Source of the DNA: Octopus bimaculoides
Lineage: Eukaryota
DNA: 64,000 nt
Assembly (NCBI RefSeq): GCF_001194135.2
Contig: NC_069005.1
Location: 11,008,026-11,072,025, forward strand
Reading direction: 5' to 3'
Under the pieces are notes generated by a model, which was given only the letters and a program-made list of their open reading frames with translations, was not told where the DNA came from and did not search any database. A program made the translations under genes and the position numbers. Below are positions 63,711 through 64,000 of this stretch, piece after piece; position 1 is the stretch's first letter, and each line of letters starts with the position of its first letter.

Positions 63711-64000
63711 GTAAGTATCTTGAGTATTTAACCCTTTGTTGTCATATTTCTATTGAAATATTTTGTTTCAATTAATTTTGTAAAAAAAAAGAATTTAGTG
63801 AGGTGACTTTCTCACTATTAAGCTTGTGTTTGGAAGAAAAATTATCATGGAATTTTGATAGGAACTTTTTAGATCACTTCAAACCTTTAACATCTAATGT
63901 GGCCCATGTCCAGCCTGAATAATCTACGTTTTATCTTCGAATTGGCCACATCTGGCCTCTGACACCTATCATGTCATTCTACAAAGTAATCATGTCATTG

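Noticed and set aside
1-64000. CRISPR arrays, operons, rRNA genes or prokaryotic defence systems
   Set aside because: The sequence is eukaryotic with spliceosomal introns; there are no regularly spaced repeat-spacer arrays, long ORFs or rRNA-like segments.

Overview
AT-rich, repeat-saturated animal genomic DNA with 7 N-gaps. The tRNA-derived SINE families and microsatellite load point to an Octopus (coleoid cephalopod) scaffold; this is inference, not a database result. The only protein-coding gene I can identify is the 5' end of an eIF4E-transporter (4E-T/EIF4ENIF1) on the + strand. Its coding exons 57081-57161 and 63637-63710 splice in frame to MMEGRNAETKKTDENVQPVPPIHQYSR|ERLLELKKVPAARSKPLGLSKEFY(T), with a probable non-coding first exon near 42 kb. 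The rest is SINEs, decayed RTE/Penelope/Gypsy retroelements, two internally deleted mariners, a Helitron across a gap, several TIR-bearing MITE families (TA, TTAA and 8-bp TSD types) and microsatellites. Almost all ORFs in the supplied track are microsatellite or repeat artefacts. I found no clearly novel multi-gene system. The best leads are a cryptic in-frame cassette in 4E-T that would rebuild the eIF4E-binding motif, a Penelope-type hammerhead-like motif, CpG-decay domains suggesting an unidentified transcription unit at about 16-39 kb, and several possibly undescribed MITEs.
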